Assembly (NCBI GenBank): GCA_001643675.2
Contig: LSRY02000002.1
Location: forward strand, 1,922,001-1,986,000
Direction of reading: 5' to 3'
Source of the DNA: Monocercomonoides exilis PA203
Taxonomy: Eukaryota; Protista; Preaxostyla
DNA: 64,000 nucleotides
This document shows positions 48,686 through 61,530 of the stretch, piece by piece. How positions within the stretch are numbered: position 1 is the stretch's first letter; each line of letters opens with the position of its first letter. A model generated the notes under the pieces. That model saw only the letters and a list, made by a program, of their open reading frames with translations, searched no databases and was not told where the DNA came from. The translations under genes were made by a program, and so were the position numbers.

Positions 48686-49879
48686 ATGAATATTTTAAAG
48701 ATTCTCGGGGTATTGGCTGTAATAATTTTTGTGTTTTGGTTTATACTTTGGAAAAGGTATCAAGGAAAAGTATTATACATTGGAAAGGACAACATACCTT
48801 TCAATTACTTGGAAAAAAAGAAGCTTCCATGTTCTTATTCTCCTCATTGGAAATTTGGACTAGATCCTATGGTTAATACTGGAGCAGCCTTTTCACAGAA
48901 TAAATCAAAATATAGACCAACCAGAGAAATTTTATATGGAGAAGACGGCGGTGAATTTGGAATTGATTGGTTTGTTGATGATAAACATAATAATTTTGCT
49001 CCTGATGCCCCAATACTGGTGCTTGTGCACGGACTTAGTGGCGGGAGCAGCGAACCTTATTTGCAAAAGCTTGGTCTGAGGACAATGAGAAAGCTTGGAT
49101 GGAGAACTGTTTGCGTTTTATTCCGTGGATGCTGCGGAACCAAACTTACAACACATACAATTTACAATGGAGCATTTACTAGTGATTTGCACGTTGCTTT
49201 ACGCACGATTTCTGACAGATTTCCTAAAGCAAAAATTGCACTTGTTGGATATTCGCTTGGAGCAAACGTAATTGCAAAATATCTTGGAGAGCGCACGAGC
49301 AAACAGAGACCTGCAATCAAATACAAGCACGTTACAGAGAATCAACCAATTCCAAAACAGTTGATATGTGCAGTGTCAATATGCTGCCCGTTTGATCTGG
49401 TAAATTCAGATAAAATATATAACGATAAACTGCAACTGTTTCTTGGAAAGCCTCTCTTAAAGTATCTCGCAAAGCACAGAGATTCAGTAAAGACGATTGA
49501 AGGATTTGAAGAGATGGAAAAGAAATTTAATGAAGCAGGCGATTTTCGGTGTCGTGTATTTGACAACACATTTACATGCAAGTTAAGCGGATATAACACA
49601 GGCCTTGAGTATTACGCAGATGCTTCAAGCGCAAGATACATTGATGGAATCCAAATTCCAACTTTGTTTATTTCAGCGAAAAATGATCCAATTTCACTTT
49701 ATAGTGGGATTCCTCTGAATGAGATCGAAAAGAATAAGATGACAGGAGCGATAATAACTCCTTGTGGCGGACATCTTGGATTCTTTTCCATGTTCGACAC
49801 GGCTAAAACATTAGACGAAGAGATTGTAGTTGAATTTGTCAGTAAAGCTTTTAACTCTGATGAAGAGAAAACAGATTAA
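48686..49879 (+). CDS. Alpha/beta hydrolase, ABHD1/2/3 (YheT/Eht1) family, N-terminal membrane anchor
   Basis: DGGEFGIDW, HGLSGGS, RGC, nucleophile GYSLG, KNDP and GGHLG. First ATG at 48686 is followed by a hydrophobic helix. Confidence 0.9.
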   Translation: MNILKILGVLAVIIFVFWFILWKRYQGKVLYIGKDNIPFNYLEKKKLPCSYSPHWKFGLDPMVNTGAAFSQNKSKYRPTREILYGEDGGEFGIDWFVDDKHNNFAPDAPILVLVHGLSGGSSEPYLQKLGLRTMRKLGWRTVCVLFRGCCGTKLTTHTIYNGAFTSDLHVALRTISDRFPKAKIALVGYSLGANVIAKYLGERTSKQRPAIKYKHVTENQPIPKQLICAVSICCPFDLVNSDKIYNDKLQLFLGKPLLKYLAKHRDSVKTIEGFEEMEKKFNEAGDFRCRVFDNTFTCKLSGYNTGLEYYADASSARYIDGIQIPTLFISAKNDPISLYSGIPLNEIEKNKMTGAIITPCGGHLGFFSMFDTAKTLDEEIVVEFVSKAFNSDEEKTD

Positions 49880-50132
49880 TGTTGAGCGTATTCATTTTTC
49901 TGTTTTTGTAGTAGTTTCATGAATATTCATCATTTTTCCATGACTTAATTGAGGAATAAAAATGCTTATGCCACTCTTCGCTTTATTTATTTATTTATTC
50001 AAGGATGTTTTTGACTAGGAAGGCATTAAGTGAGATTGAAGGCATTTTTATTGGCTTTTAGATAATTTGATTACTCTTTTTATTTATTTTTTCATGTTTT
50101 GTTGCAATTTTCGCTTGTTATTTTGTGGCATC

Positions 50133-51583
50133 CTATTCACTCGTAATATTCTCTTTAACTTTTTTCGAAGTTGTGTGCGAGCCATCTTTTTCTGTGTAAC
50201 TTATGTTGTAGGTGCAATCCGTCTGTAGCAAACATTCATCTGTTGTGCTGCATTTGGCCACATCTTTTCTTGTTTTCTCAACTCGTTTTTGTTCTTTGTC
50301 TGCTTTTGCGCAGTTTATGTCTTTGCAAATTGCTTCTGCTTCTAAATCGCTTAGTTTCCTTTTGTAAGTATGCGCGCTGTCAATCTCTTCGATCTCCTTT
50401 GAATCTTTTGTTTTCTTTTCTGCTTTTTTCTTCATTTCTCGTTGCATGTTCCACGAAATAATAAGCGCAAGAAACTCCTGAATCCATCTTTTATTTTCAT
50501 TCACATGTTGGACTGCCGAACTGAAATTCTCTGACTTGGAGGTTAGTGTTTTTAGAGAATATGATGAGCTAATTTCTCTCCAATCATCTGGAGGTTCGGG
50601 AGGAAATGGAAAGCATCCTCGCAGCGTGACATGAAACTGAAAAGGGAGTTAATAGAAGATTCACACGTTGAAAATGTGAATCAAAGAATCACAGAAAAAA
50701 AAAAAATAATGAAAGAAAAAGATATAAAACAAATTAACATTTTTTTCTCGTAGCATTAAAAAGATTACATTCATACTCTATCTCTTAATTCTTGCGCCAT
50801 CCATGGATAATCTCCAATTCGCTTTTTTATTTCCTGTGAATTAAGAAAACCCGAAAGTGGCTGTAGAAGTGTTTCATGGTCTCTGCAGAATCCAGGAACT
50901 GTTAAACGATGAATCAGCGATTCTAGTTTAAAAATAACAATGAGAGGAATTGTCGAATCCGTCACTGTACTTTCTGTGCAATGGATATCCTTTGAAAGTT
51001 GCATTTTAAATTGAGATGGAGATTCAGAAGCAATAGTGTATCGACGGCGAGGCGGAAACGGCTCAGGTGGAGCTGATGCAAGAGTTATTCGCTTTCGAAA
51101 CAAATGTTCAGGTTGCTTGATCCTATATTGCCTGTCAGTGCGAGTAATTGACATTTTATCTGAACACTCTTTTGATAAATCTTGTTGAGTCGTATTACGT
51201 GGTTTGCTTCCCGATGAATAATAGAGCTCAGATGAAGTTAATGATAAGTGTGATGGCGCTTTTTGAAAATTTCCTTCACCATCCTCATTCACACTCTTTT
51301 TATTAAAATCACTATTACAAAAAAAACCAGCCAATAGACAATCAAGCTTTAATTTTCCTTCCAATAATGTATTTTTCCCCATCAAAAATTTAGAAAAATT
51401 ACTTCTAAGGTTTATTTGTTCAAACGCAAAATCTAATTCATGTTGAGTTTGAACATAAAGAACATAAACGTTTTTCTCTTCTTTCTTTAATGAAGGCGAA
51501 ACTCCACTTTTTTGTTCTGACATTTTTGATAATACCAATGAAGATAAAGAAAAAGTTTCACGAAGAGAAGGCGTTTTTGACAT
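50133..51583 (-). CDS. Hypothetical protein, weakly resembling an inactive DnaQ-like 3'-5' exonuclease domain
   Basis: Intron 50637-50776 joins the two ORFs in frame. Segment IVIFKL...LSGFLNSQEIKKRIG...ELRDRFHVTLRGCF...SLKTL recalls EXD/WRN-type domains, but no DEDD residues are seen. Confidence 0.5.
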
Positions 51584-51669
51584 TTATTTTTATTTTGCTC
51601 ACCATTATGGTATTGTTTTTATTAGTAATGGTAACAATAAAATAATTGTTTACACTTTTTCCAAGAAAT

Positions 51670-54600
51670 ATGTCAAATGATTGGATTAAACCAGAAGTCC
51701 TAGAACGTTTGATGCAATCAGGGGATAAATCAATGCTGAAACGGATCGGTGGCGTTGAACAACTCCTCAAATCTCTTCATTCATCAAACGAAGGTATTTC
51801 CAATGATAAAGAAGATATTGAATCAAGACAAGCAAGGTATTTGATAAAAATGTTTGTTGAATTAAGATTGAATAATTTTTGATATTTATAGATTCGGAAA
51901 AAATGAATTTTTAACTCCGCAACCTAAAAAATGGATATCGTTGTGGCTTGAATCTTTTGAAGATCATACTCTTATTATTCTGATGATATTGGCTGTTGTA
52001 TCTCTTGTTATTGCATTTGTTTTTGAGAGAGACGAAAAGTTAGCTTGGGTTGATGGTGCAGCCATATTAATGACTGTTTTTGCTGTTACAATTGTTTCAT
52101 CTTTGAACACATGGACACAAGAGCAACAATTCAGATCACTAAACGATAAACAGCAAGAAAGAACTATCATGGTGATCAGAAATGGAGAGCCAATTGAAAT
52201 TTTTGTTGCTTCATTGTGCGTTGGGGATATTGTGATTCTAAGACCAGGAGAAAAAATACCAGCAGACGGAATTTGTATTGAATCTTTTAGTCTCCAATGC
52301 AATGAGTCCGCTATGACTGGTGATTCCGATCTCATTCCGAAGGATGTTTTGGACAGTCCATTTCTATTTTGCGGATGCACCATACAAACTGGGTATGGAA
52401 AGATGGTTGTCACTGCTGTCGGTATGAAAACGCAATTTGGCATTGTGAAGAAATCAATAATGGAGCAAAGTCAGGAGCGAAAGCCAACCGCATTGCAAAC
52501 AAAATTAGGCACTCTTGCTGATCAAATTGGCAACTTAGGCTTTATATCTGCTGGAATAACATTAGTTTTACTAGGAATATTTTGGGGATTTGCACTGTGG
52601 AAAAATCCAGCAATCTGGGATCATGGGAGGTACATGAAAGTGCTTCTTGATTATGTGATAGTGGCTGTTACTATAGTTGTTGTTGCAGTTCCTGAGGGGC
52701 TTCCGCTGGCAGTGACAATTTCTCTTGCGTATTCGATCAAAAAAATGCTGAAGGACAACAACTTGGTCAGGCGGCTGGAGTCTTGCGAGACGATGGGCTG
52801 TGCAACGGTCATATGCTCAGACAAGACAGGCACACTCACACAGAACTGCATGCGAGTCTCAAGCGGATGGTTTGAAGGGCGAATGTGGAATACAACAAAA
52901 GCAAATGGTGATGACAATACGTTTGAAAGCAACTTAAACAGAGCCGACAACCTCTTTACTTCTTCTCCATCTTCTTCGCCTTCGCAGAAAGTGAATCTTT
53001 CTTCTTACTATTTGTCATTGCTCAGTGAAGCCATCTCACTGAATTCAACTGCTGAGCTTCGTATTCAAGATGAAGCATACGATCAGACATGGATGGAAGA
53101 TTCTCAAGATAGCAGAGACACAAAGAATACACACAGATTGAACTCCTCTTTAACCTCATCATCGTCTTCTTCAAATGGTCACACTCAACACAAGCACATT
53201 AACGAAGATGAAGAGCCTTTGATTTCATCCAGCAGCCAATCTCATTCATCATTTGGAGCTGACTCTGAGTCTTCAGCATTCGGAAAGAACGCCAATGAAC
53301 ACGTTGAACATCTGGGGAATGTGACCGAGTGTGCCCTGCTGCATCTACTGAGAGACTGTGGATGCGATTACAGACAGGAGAGAAAAGATAAGGAAGACGA
53401 TGTATTGGAAATGTTTCCATTCAATTCTGAAACAAAGCTGATGACTGTTGTGCTGAAAAAGACAGAAGCGTCATCGCCACAAAATCAAATGAGCACACCA
53501 ACTTTGGATGACAAGATGGAAAATACAGTTGAACGTGAGCAGAAAAAAGGAAAAAAAGATGAGAAAAAAACAAAGCTGAATGGGATGAAATCGAGTCTTA
53601 GCAGAACATTCAGGCGTGTGATTGTGAAAGGAGCACCAGAAGCTGTTCTGGCAAACTGCACACAATTTGCTGATGTGCCATCGCAAAAGGAAGATTACTC
53701 CAATGAACTGAACGTGAAGCAGATGTCAGCAGATGACAGACACAGATTTGCTCAGCTTGTTGCCAAAATGTCTTCGGATGGACTGAGAACGATTGCTATT
53801 GCAATTTACGACGACAAAACAAGCATTGAGAATGCTGGCAAGGTAGGAAATGATGATGCAGCTGACGATGAATCCGAAGCGTACAATCAGATTCTGGAGC
53901 ATCACCACATGAAAAAGGTAACACCACAGAAGAATCAGCGCTCTCAGCATTCCTTGTCACCTCAAAACTCATCTTCATCCTCGTCTCCATTGCGAAACTC
54001 TGAGAAAGGAGATGATGACACTTTTTGTTATCCTTCTTCCACACCCACAGGGCAGGAGTACATCCACAACTTGACGTTGATTGCGATTGCTGGAATTAAA
54101 GACCCTCTGAGACCAGAAGTGAGTGAGGCCATAAGAGAATGCAAAGAAGCATCGATTGCAGTGAAAATGGTGACTGGAGACAACATCCACACGGCCATCT
54201 CAATTGCAAAGGATTGTGGCATTTACAGTGCGGATGATGTTCCTGAGGTGGAGAATGATGCTTATTCCAGCACAGCTGTTTCACCGCTGAGTGATGGAAT
54301 GTCTCCTTATTCGACAGACACTGCAGAAGATGTTGCGAGAATGACAAAAGTGAGAGAGCGCATCAAGCGCTGCCTGAAGAAGCAGAAGGAGATTGCACTG
54401 ACAGGATACGAGTATCGCCATCTGACAGACAAAGAGCGGATGAAAGTGCTTCCTTTGCTGAAGATCCTGGCTCGCTCGTCGCCAATGGACAAGCTACTGA
54501 TTGTGTCTGATCTGCAAAAAGCAGGGGAGATCGTGTCTGTCACAGGCGATGGCACAAACGATTCCGCTGCGCTGGCACAAGCAGATGTTGGGATGGCGAT

Positions 54601-55933
54601 GGGTATCACAGGAACAGAAGTAGCCAAAGAGGCGTCAGCCATTGTCATCACAGATGACAACTTTGCTTCTATTGTGAAGGCTGTTGTGTGGGGCAGGAAC
54701 ATCTACGAGTCAGTCAGAAAGTTCATCCAGTTCCAGCTGACAGTCAACCTTGTGGCCATAACAGTGTCTGTCATCGGAGCCATTTTTGCGATTACTCCTT
54801 TGAAAGCTGTTCAAATGCTGTGGGTGAATCTGATCATGGACACACTCGCTGCACTTGCACTAGCAACGGAGTCTCCAACAAAGGAAGAGCTGCTGAAGAG
54901 AAAGCCGAACGGGAAGAACAAGAGCATCATCAACAGCTACATGAAGCGCAATGTCGTTGCTGGAGTGGCATATGAGATGCTTGTGATGCTGTTTGTGTTA
55001 TTTGCGTGGGGCAAAGAAGACTTCGAGTATCAATCTTCTGTTGACGGGAGTGAGTCATTGAAGATATTGCACTGTGAGCCATCAGAGCTGATTGAGTCAA
55101 GTCCGTTCCTGTTTCCTGGTGGATTGTGCAGACGCTTCCTTCTCGACTCATCTGTCCACATCTTTTCTGTGGAGCATCTTTCGTTCGTATTCAACACGTT
55201 TATTTGGCTGCAGCTGTTCAACGAGATATCTTGCAGGCGCTGCAACAATGACACAAACTTTTTCCGGCACATTCTGCAAGACAAGCTATTTCTATTAATT
55301 GAGTGTGTGACTTCTATTATTCAGGTATGTGTGATGCTGATTCCACCGCTATCAACTGTGTTTGCCGTGTGCAATCTGTCTCCTTCTCTTTGGGTGTGGT
55401 CGCTTGTCTTGGCAGTGGGCATCATTCCTGTGCAGTTTGTGGTGCGCTCTCTGGTGAAGTGCAAAGAAGACAGCGGTTCTGGTGACGATAGAGAAGATGC
55501 AGATAGAGCGATGGCTAATCCGAGAGATTGCAGAGACGGAAGAACAGAAAATCGGGCCAAGACAGAACGAGGCAAGGCAAATAAAGTCGATAGAGAACTG
55601 ATTCCTGAGGGGGAAATGATGTCACTGGAGCCCGCTGCTGAAGATGGTATGACAAAGTCTCGAAAGAATAATTCGCCTTCATTATCTTCATTGTCTTCTC
55701 ACAATTCTTCTATTTACACATCTTCTACCAATTTCAGAGCTAATGATGCTTCCCGTTCGAAAAAGCCCAAAAAAGATCTCTTAGAGCAAGAGAGAGGCCG
55801 AAAGTCGGATGGTAATTACACAAATTTCATTTCATCACCTTTTATTTCTTCTCCTATTCGAACCCTGCTGCAGCGTAATTCACCAACAGTGGGAGGACAA
55901 AAGGACATTGATAAAGCTAAAAAGGATAAGTAG
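51670..55933 (+). CDS. P-type IIB (PMCA-like) Ca2+-ATPase
   Basis: Intron 51837-51891. Motifs VAVPEGLPLAV, CSDKTGTLT, KGAPE, DPLRPEV, MVTGDN, GDGTND, FIQFQLTVN and LWVNLIMDT. Confidence 0.95.
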
Positions 55934-56151
55934 ATTTATACTTTAAGTTTTAAAAACAAAAATTTTTATAATTAATTTTTGCGAAAATTTTGTATGCACA
56001 TATTTAATTTTATTTCAATCATTCATCCGTTAAAGTGTTTAAATGTATTTTGCGTTTTTTTAATTCCAACTGTTTTTGGATAATCTATTTGCGTATGAGT
56101 TTTTTTTTAAGTGTTTGAGATTTGATCAACAAACCAATACAATATTTAAAA

Positions 56152-59100
56152 ATGTCTAACTTTTTGCCAAGCATTTCTCTGAACACCAAAGTTAGAAATG
56201 TTCTTTCTGAGGAAGGATTCAATCATGAAACATCTGTGCAAAGATACAGCATTCCGGTATTACTTGAAGGGAAAGATGCTTGCGTTGAAGCTTCAACAGG
56301 AAGGTTTATTCGAAAATATCTCTTTCATTTGATTATAAAAACATTCAATTTAAAGTGGAAAAACACTTTGTTATGTAATAGCTATTTTAGAAAAGATTAT
56401 ACCTATTGAGCTTTCAAGTGAAAAGGGGAAAATAGTTTCAATAGTAATTGTCCCAACACGGTAATGTTACAATTCAATTGCTATTGAATTTATTGTGAAA
56501 TTGTTTACTTTATATGTTTAAACTTCTTAGTATTATCGCAAAGCAAGTCAATGAAGTTATTACACCGTTTTTAGCAAAATTTTCAGGTGAAATATCTTCT
56601 TTTCTTGCTGTTGGAGGAGCAAGCAAAACGAAAGATATATCGACAAAATGCCAGCAATTTCTTCGTGCAAATAAAAGCAAGGTGGTTGTCATTGCGACTC
56701 CGGGGTGTATTGTTCAATTTATAAAAGTGTGTTTCTCGTGCTTTACAAGTTAAAAACATGTTTTTTTGCTCAAAGAGTTCGATTTCCATGTCCGAAGTAC
56801 GTGTCGTCATTCTTGATGAAGCTGATAGACTTCTCGATACTGGATTTTTTGATTCAATAAGATTTGTGTTGGATGAACTTCCTAAACAACGTTTAACAGT
56901 TTGAATTGTGAAGTTTATTTTTTTCTTTGAATAAATCGTGTGTTTCCTTAGGGCTTGTTTAGTGCAACAATGACTACAAGTGTCAAAGAATTAGCGATGA
57001 TAGGCCTGAAAAATTTTGCTGAAATCCGAATTTCTTCTGATGGTAAACTTCAACCATTAACAACAACATCAACATCTCAATCAAAAGTTGGCTTACCGTC
57101 TTCTTCACCATTCACAAGCGTTATTCCAAAAGGGTATCTTATTCAAATTTTTATTGTTATATTCTTCATATTCTTGTGTATATTTTTATATTTGTTGTTA
57201 TTTTGAATTATTATCATTACTGCAATCTTTTTTTATTATTATTATTAAAAGTCTCACGAACTACTATCGAATTTGCCAGCCTAATGACAAATTTGCATTT
57301 TTGTGCCGTTTTTTGAGATGGCAGGGGACCAAACCTGGATCCAAAGTGATCATCTTTTTCCTTACAAGACATATGGTGGATCATTTCTATCGAATTCTGA
57401 CAGAAGTCTTAACATCATTTGAAGATCACAGAAATAAAACCAAAAACCCTCCTTTTATTGTTCCGAAAGAAGATCAAACAGAAAAAAGTGAGGAAGAAGA
57501 TGCTGAAAATCAAGAAGAGAAAGAAGCTAGTGGAGATAAAGGGAAAAAATACAAGAAAAGAGAAGGAAAGAAAAATAAGAATATGAAACAAGAAAGAAGA
57601 AAACAAATTGTTACGAATGAATTCTTCCCATCTACGTGCTTCGCTGCCATCCATGGAGGAACATCTTCTTCGACTCAGCAGTCGGTGATCAAACGCTTCA
57701 ATTCACATGGACTCGAATCTTCTTCTTCATCATCCTCTGCTTCAGCCAGTTCAACATCAATACATTCACCGAACTGCTTCGTCCTGTTAACCACAGATGT
57801 TGTTGCACGAGGTGTTGACTTTGAAAGTGCAGATTGGATCGTTCAGTTTGATCCGCCTCAAAACCCAGACACATTTGTTCACAGAATTGGTAGATCTGGA
57901 AGAATGGGAAAGAAAGTGTGTTAAATAATTAACAATGATGTGATGATATGTAAATTTTAATGAATGCTGCTTGAGGCATTATCTATTTTTTGATGAGATC
58001 AAATATTATTCTCTTTAGTGATTTCTTGAATTTCATTTGTCTATTTTCCAATTTCTGATTGCCAACTTTTTTGTGACGAAATAGGGTTCATCTCTTGTGC
58101 TTCTTTTACCAAAAGAAGATCCATATGTGTATTTTTTGCAGGGAAGAAAGATGAAACTCCATCAATGGGATGAAAACGAGATGAAACAGGAGGATAAAGA
58201 GGCAAAAACCATTGAAAATGACTTACAAAATGAGAAAGCCTCCATCAAAAAAGTGAAAGGCGAAGAACTTAACGAAAAAATGAAGACTGACAATAAGAAA
58301 ACAGATGAAAGCGCACAAAATGCAACTCAGCAAAAAGAATCTTCCCAGCAATCTCATTATTTGGAGGCACTTGCAATTCCAGTTAGTTCTCCGTATATCT
58401 CAAATGATCTGAGAATCAACATTGATTCTGTGGTTGAGCTGCCTGCACCTTTTAACAAGCTGATGAACAACAGCAGTCAAAAAGACAGCTCATCATCACA
58501 GCCAGCTTCTTCTGAACGCACTCCTTCAGAAGTGATTGATTCCTTCTTTTCCACTCCGTCTGCTGTAACAGCCTTTCTTCGAAGGGAGTTTCTGTGTGAC
58601 AGGTCGCTGTTTGATTCATCCCAAAGAGCGTTTGTCTCTTTTGTGCGAGCATATCATGAGCACCACTGCTACCAAATATTCTCACTTCGCTTGCTCCCGT
58701 GGCTTGATGTGCTGGAAATGATGGCACTTTTGGAGGTGTGAAGCATGTTGAGTGAATGAATTTTTTTTTTTTTTTTTTTATTTTTTCGGAGTAAATTTTG
58801 TGTAGAAATATTGTAGTTTTTGTTTGTTTTGTTGTAACAAAAATATGTTTTAAATTAATATTTTTATTTTATTTGTTTGTTTGTTTGATTCAATTTCAAC
58901 GTTCATTCTCAACTCTTATTAACTTAGATTCCACGAATGCCTGAACTAGCAAAAGTTGCAATTGGGAAATTCCATCCTGTTCCATCAGACTTCAAAATGA
59001 AGTGGATTCCGTATGCAAATAAGACTGAAGAGCTTCAAAGATTAACTGACTTGGCGTATGCTTTATTCTTTTTCTTTTTTTGTCTGTATTTGGAAATTTT

Positions 59101-60013
59101 TATATTTCTTTGCTCTTTTTTAATTTGCAGAAAACATAAATTTGATAGACCAATCACAAAGATTTCAAAGAAAGAACTTTCCGCTTCAGAAAAAAAAATG
59201 CTCAGTAAGAAGCGAGTTGTTTGCTGACTTTATTGTGATTATTCTTGTTCCTGTTTTATTCCTTCAAATTTTCACTCTTATGGAAAATTTTGACCAATGA
59301 CTTTTCTTTTATTTACCATTCGCATTTTTAAAAATTGCAACATTCAGGTGTCTGGGCATATTTTCAACTTGCAAGATGAGTTGGAGATAGAGAAAGACTA
59401 CAAAATGCTGAAGAAGAAGAATCGGAGGAAGAAGAAGCAGAAAGAAGGGAGATTTGAATCTGAGCTCAAACGGAGGATGGTTGACGATTCATCGGATATA
59501 CCTTCAGATTGGCCATCTTCACTCGAATTTTCCGATTCTGACGAAAGTTCAGATGATGATAGTTCGAATGGATCGCCCAATTCGTCTGAATCAGAGTCAA
59601 GTAGCATTCACTCTTCTCAAGTCAGCTCTGAGAGTTTTGATTGGAATGACAAATCCAAAAGGGATTCTGAGAGCGAGAGTGATGTGGATGATGATTCCGA
59701 TGACTTTACCGATGACAGTGATCAAATAAGCGAGGAAGAAGAAGAAGAAGAATCTTCACAAGAAAGCAATGATGAAGAGGAAGAAGATGAAAGCAAGAGC
59801 AACAGCGAACAGCATTCAGATGAAAAGGGTACTCCTGAAATGGATTTCAAAAAGCCAAAATTGACAAAAGCTGAAATTCGGCTGAGGAAAGAAAAAAGGA
59901 AAAAGATTAAGCGTTTAAATAGCATGAAGAAAAAGGAAAAATTACATAACAAGCGTTGGAGTCAAATGAGAAGAATTATGTTTGACCCAGTTACTCACAA
60001 AAGAATAAAATAG
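56152..60013 (+). CDS. DDX55: DEAD-box RNA helicase DDX55/Spb4 (60S biogenesis), multi-exon
   Basis: Spliced [48 protein letters not shown], and Spb4-type C-terminal extension [10 protein letters not shown]...IF...IPRMPEL. Confidence 0.88.
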
Positions 60014-60097
60014 TTTTCCATTAACAATTCAACAATTCACTTCACCAATTTTTTTCATTTCACAAAATGTAATGATAAAAGAAAAAAGAAACAATGA

Positions 60098-61339
60098 TTA
60101 CGGTGCATTTTTTATTGGAATAATACAATAAAAAACATAAGGAAAGTCTGATGCATCGTGAGATTCTAATTCTTCGTGTGAAAAATATCTGAGAATGCCC
60201 TTTTCATTAAGTCTCCAATTTCTACACGAATAATTTTTGCTTTCACTTTTGCTTTCGCCTTTTTCTTCTTTTGTATCGAAAATCTCAAACGAAACTTTCT
60301 GAAGTGAATTATCTTCCAGATACTTGTCAAAATCCTCCACACAATATGAAAATCGACTACTATGGTTGCAAAGCAAACACATTGGATAGGATTGCAATGA
60401 TGAACAAGATAATGGCTGATCAAGAAAATCAAATGTTTGAGATGAAGAAGAAGATGATGATGACGATGACGAAGAAGATATTGAAGAATCACTCAACATT
60501 GAGATGCTTTGCTCTAGTGAAGCGTGAAGATAATGAGCAATTGTTGTAATAAATGCCTTTATGTCAGTATTAAAGTATCTATGAAAGTTGTTGAGAATTT
60601 AAATGAAACAATACACATATAAAATAATATTACAAACATCACATCAGAAGCCAGAATAAGCAAGGGTTTTGTTTTTGTTGGTTCGAAACTGTGTATGTTT
60701 TTATCACTTGAAGTTTCAACATCTTTGCAAAACTTGCATCGCTTTTTGACTAAAAGTTCATCCAAAGAAGGAAGTTGTTTCACGTCTCGAGTCCAAGTGA
60801 GTTGATGAAAAACACAATTGCGAGAAATACAAGAACTCGTCGATGAACTTTCATGTTCGGAACAATGGAGGGTATTATGAATATTTTCTTCAATTGTTGA
60901 AAGAAAATACGGAGAGCTGTCACTGTCTGTTAAGCAAACATCTTGGGCACCAAATTCTATTATGGAAAAATTATTCCGTTATAATGATAATTTAACAAAA
61001 ATTCATACGAGATGCAATCATTCCTGGTAGTCCTATTCCGCATCTTTTTCATCAAATTATAATTATTGAAAAATGAGTTTTAAAAAGAGAATATTGATAC
61101 GAACAGAAAACTAACCCAATTTCAAGAACAGATCTTTTTTGAAATATATGTTTATGATTCAATAGATACCCTCCTAAGGCGGTTGCTCCTCCCCATAAAA
61201 TAGTTGAAGTAGCTGCAGCTACGTGTTGATTTTCTCGATGAATTGATTTAATGCGATAAGAAAGTTTGTATTCTGGAAATTCAATAATGTTTTCCTCTAA
61301 CTTTAATTCTTCTTGAAATATATCTGATAGATCTTCCAT
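60098..61339 (-). CDS. Seven-beta-strand protein methyltransferase, METTL21/Methyltransf_16 family, multi-exon
   Basis: ILWGGATAL...VLEIG|CGIGLPGMIA...AQDVCLTD...LTW...ILASDV across short introns. Confidence 0.8.
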
Positions 61340-61530
61340 CAATAAGTTGTTAATAATTGAAAAAAAAGAAAAAGAGAAAATGTTTGATCAAAAAATATAT
61401 TTGACTAAAAACAACCAAAAAATGCAATCGATGAAATGATATATCATCTAAAATTTTAAAATTTGAAAATATGTTCTTGATTTCTATTTAATTAAGGGTT
61501 AATCAAATTTTAAAAATTAGAATTATCGAA

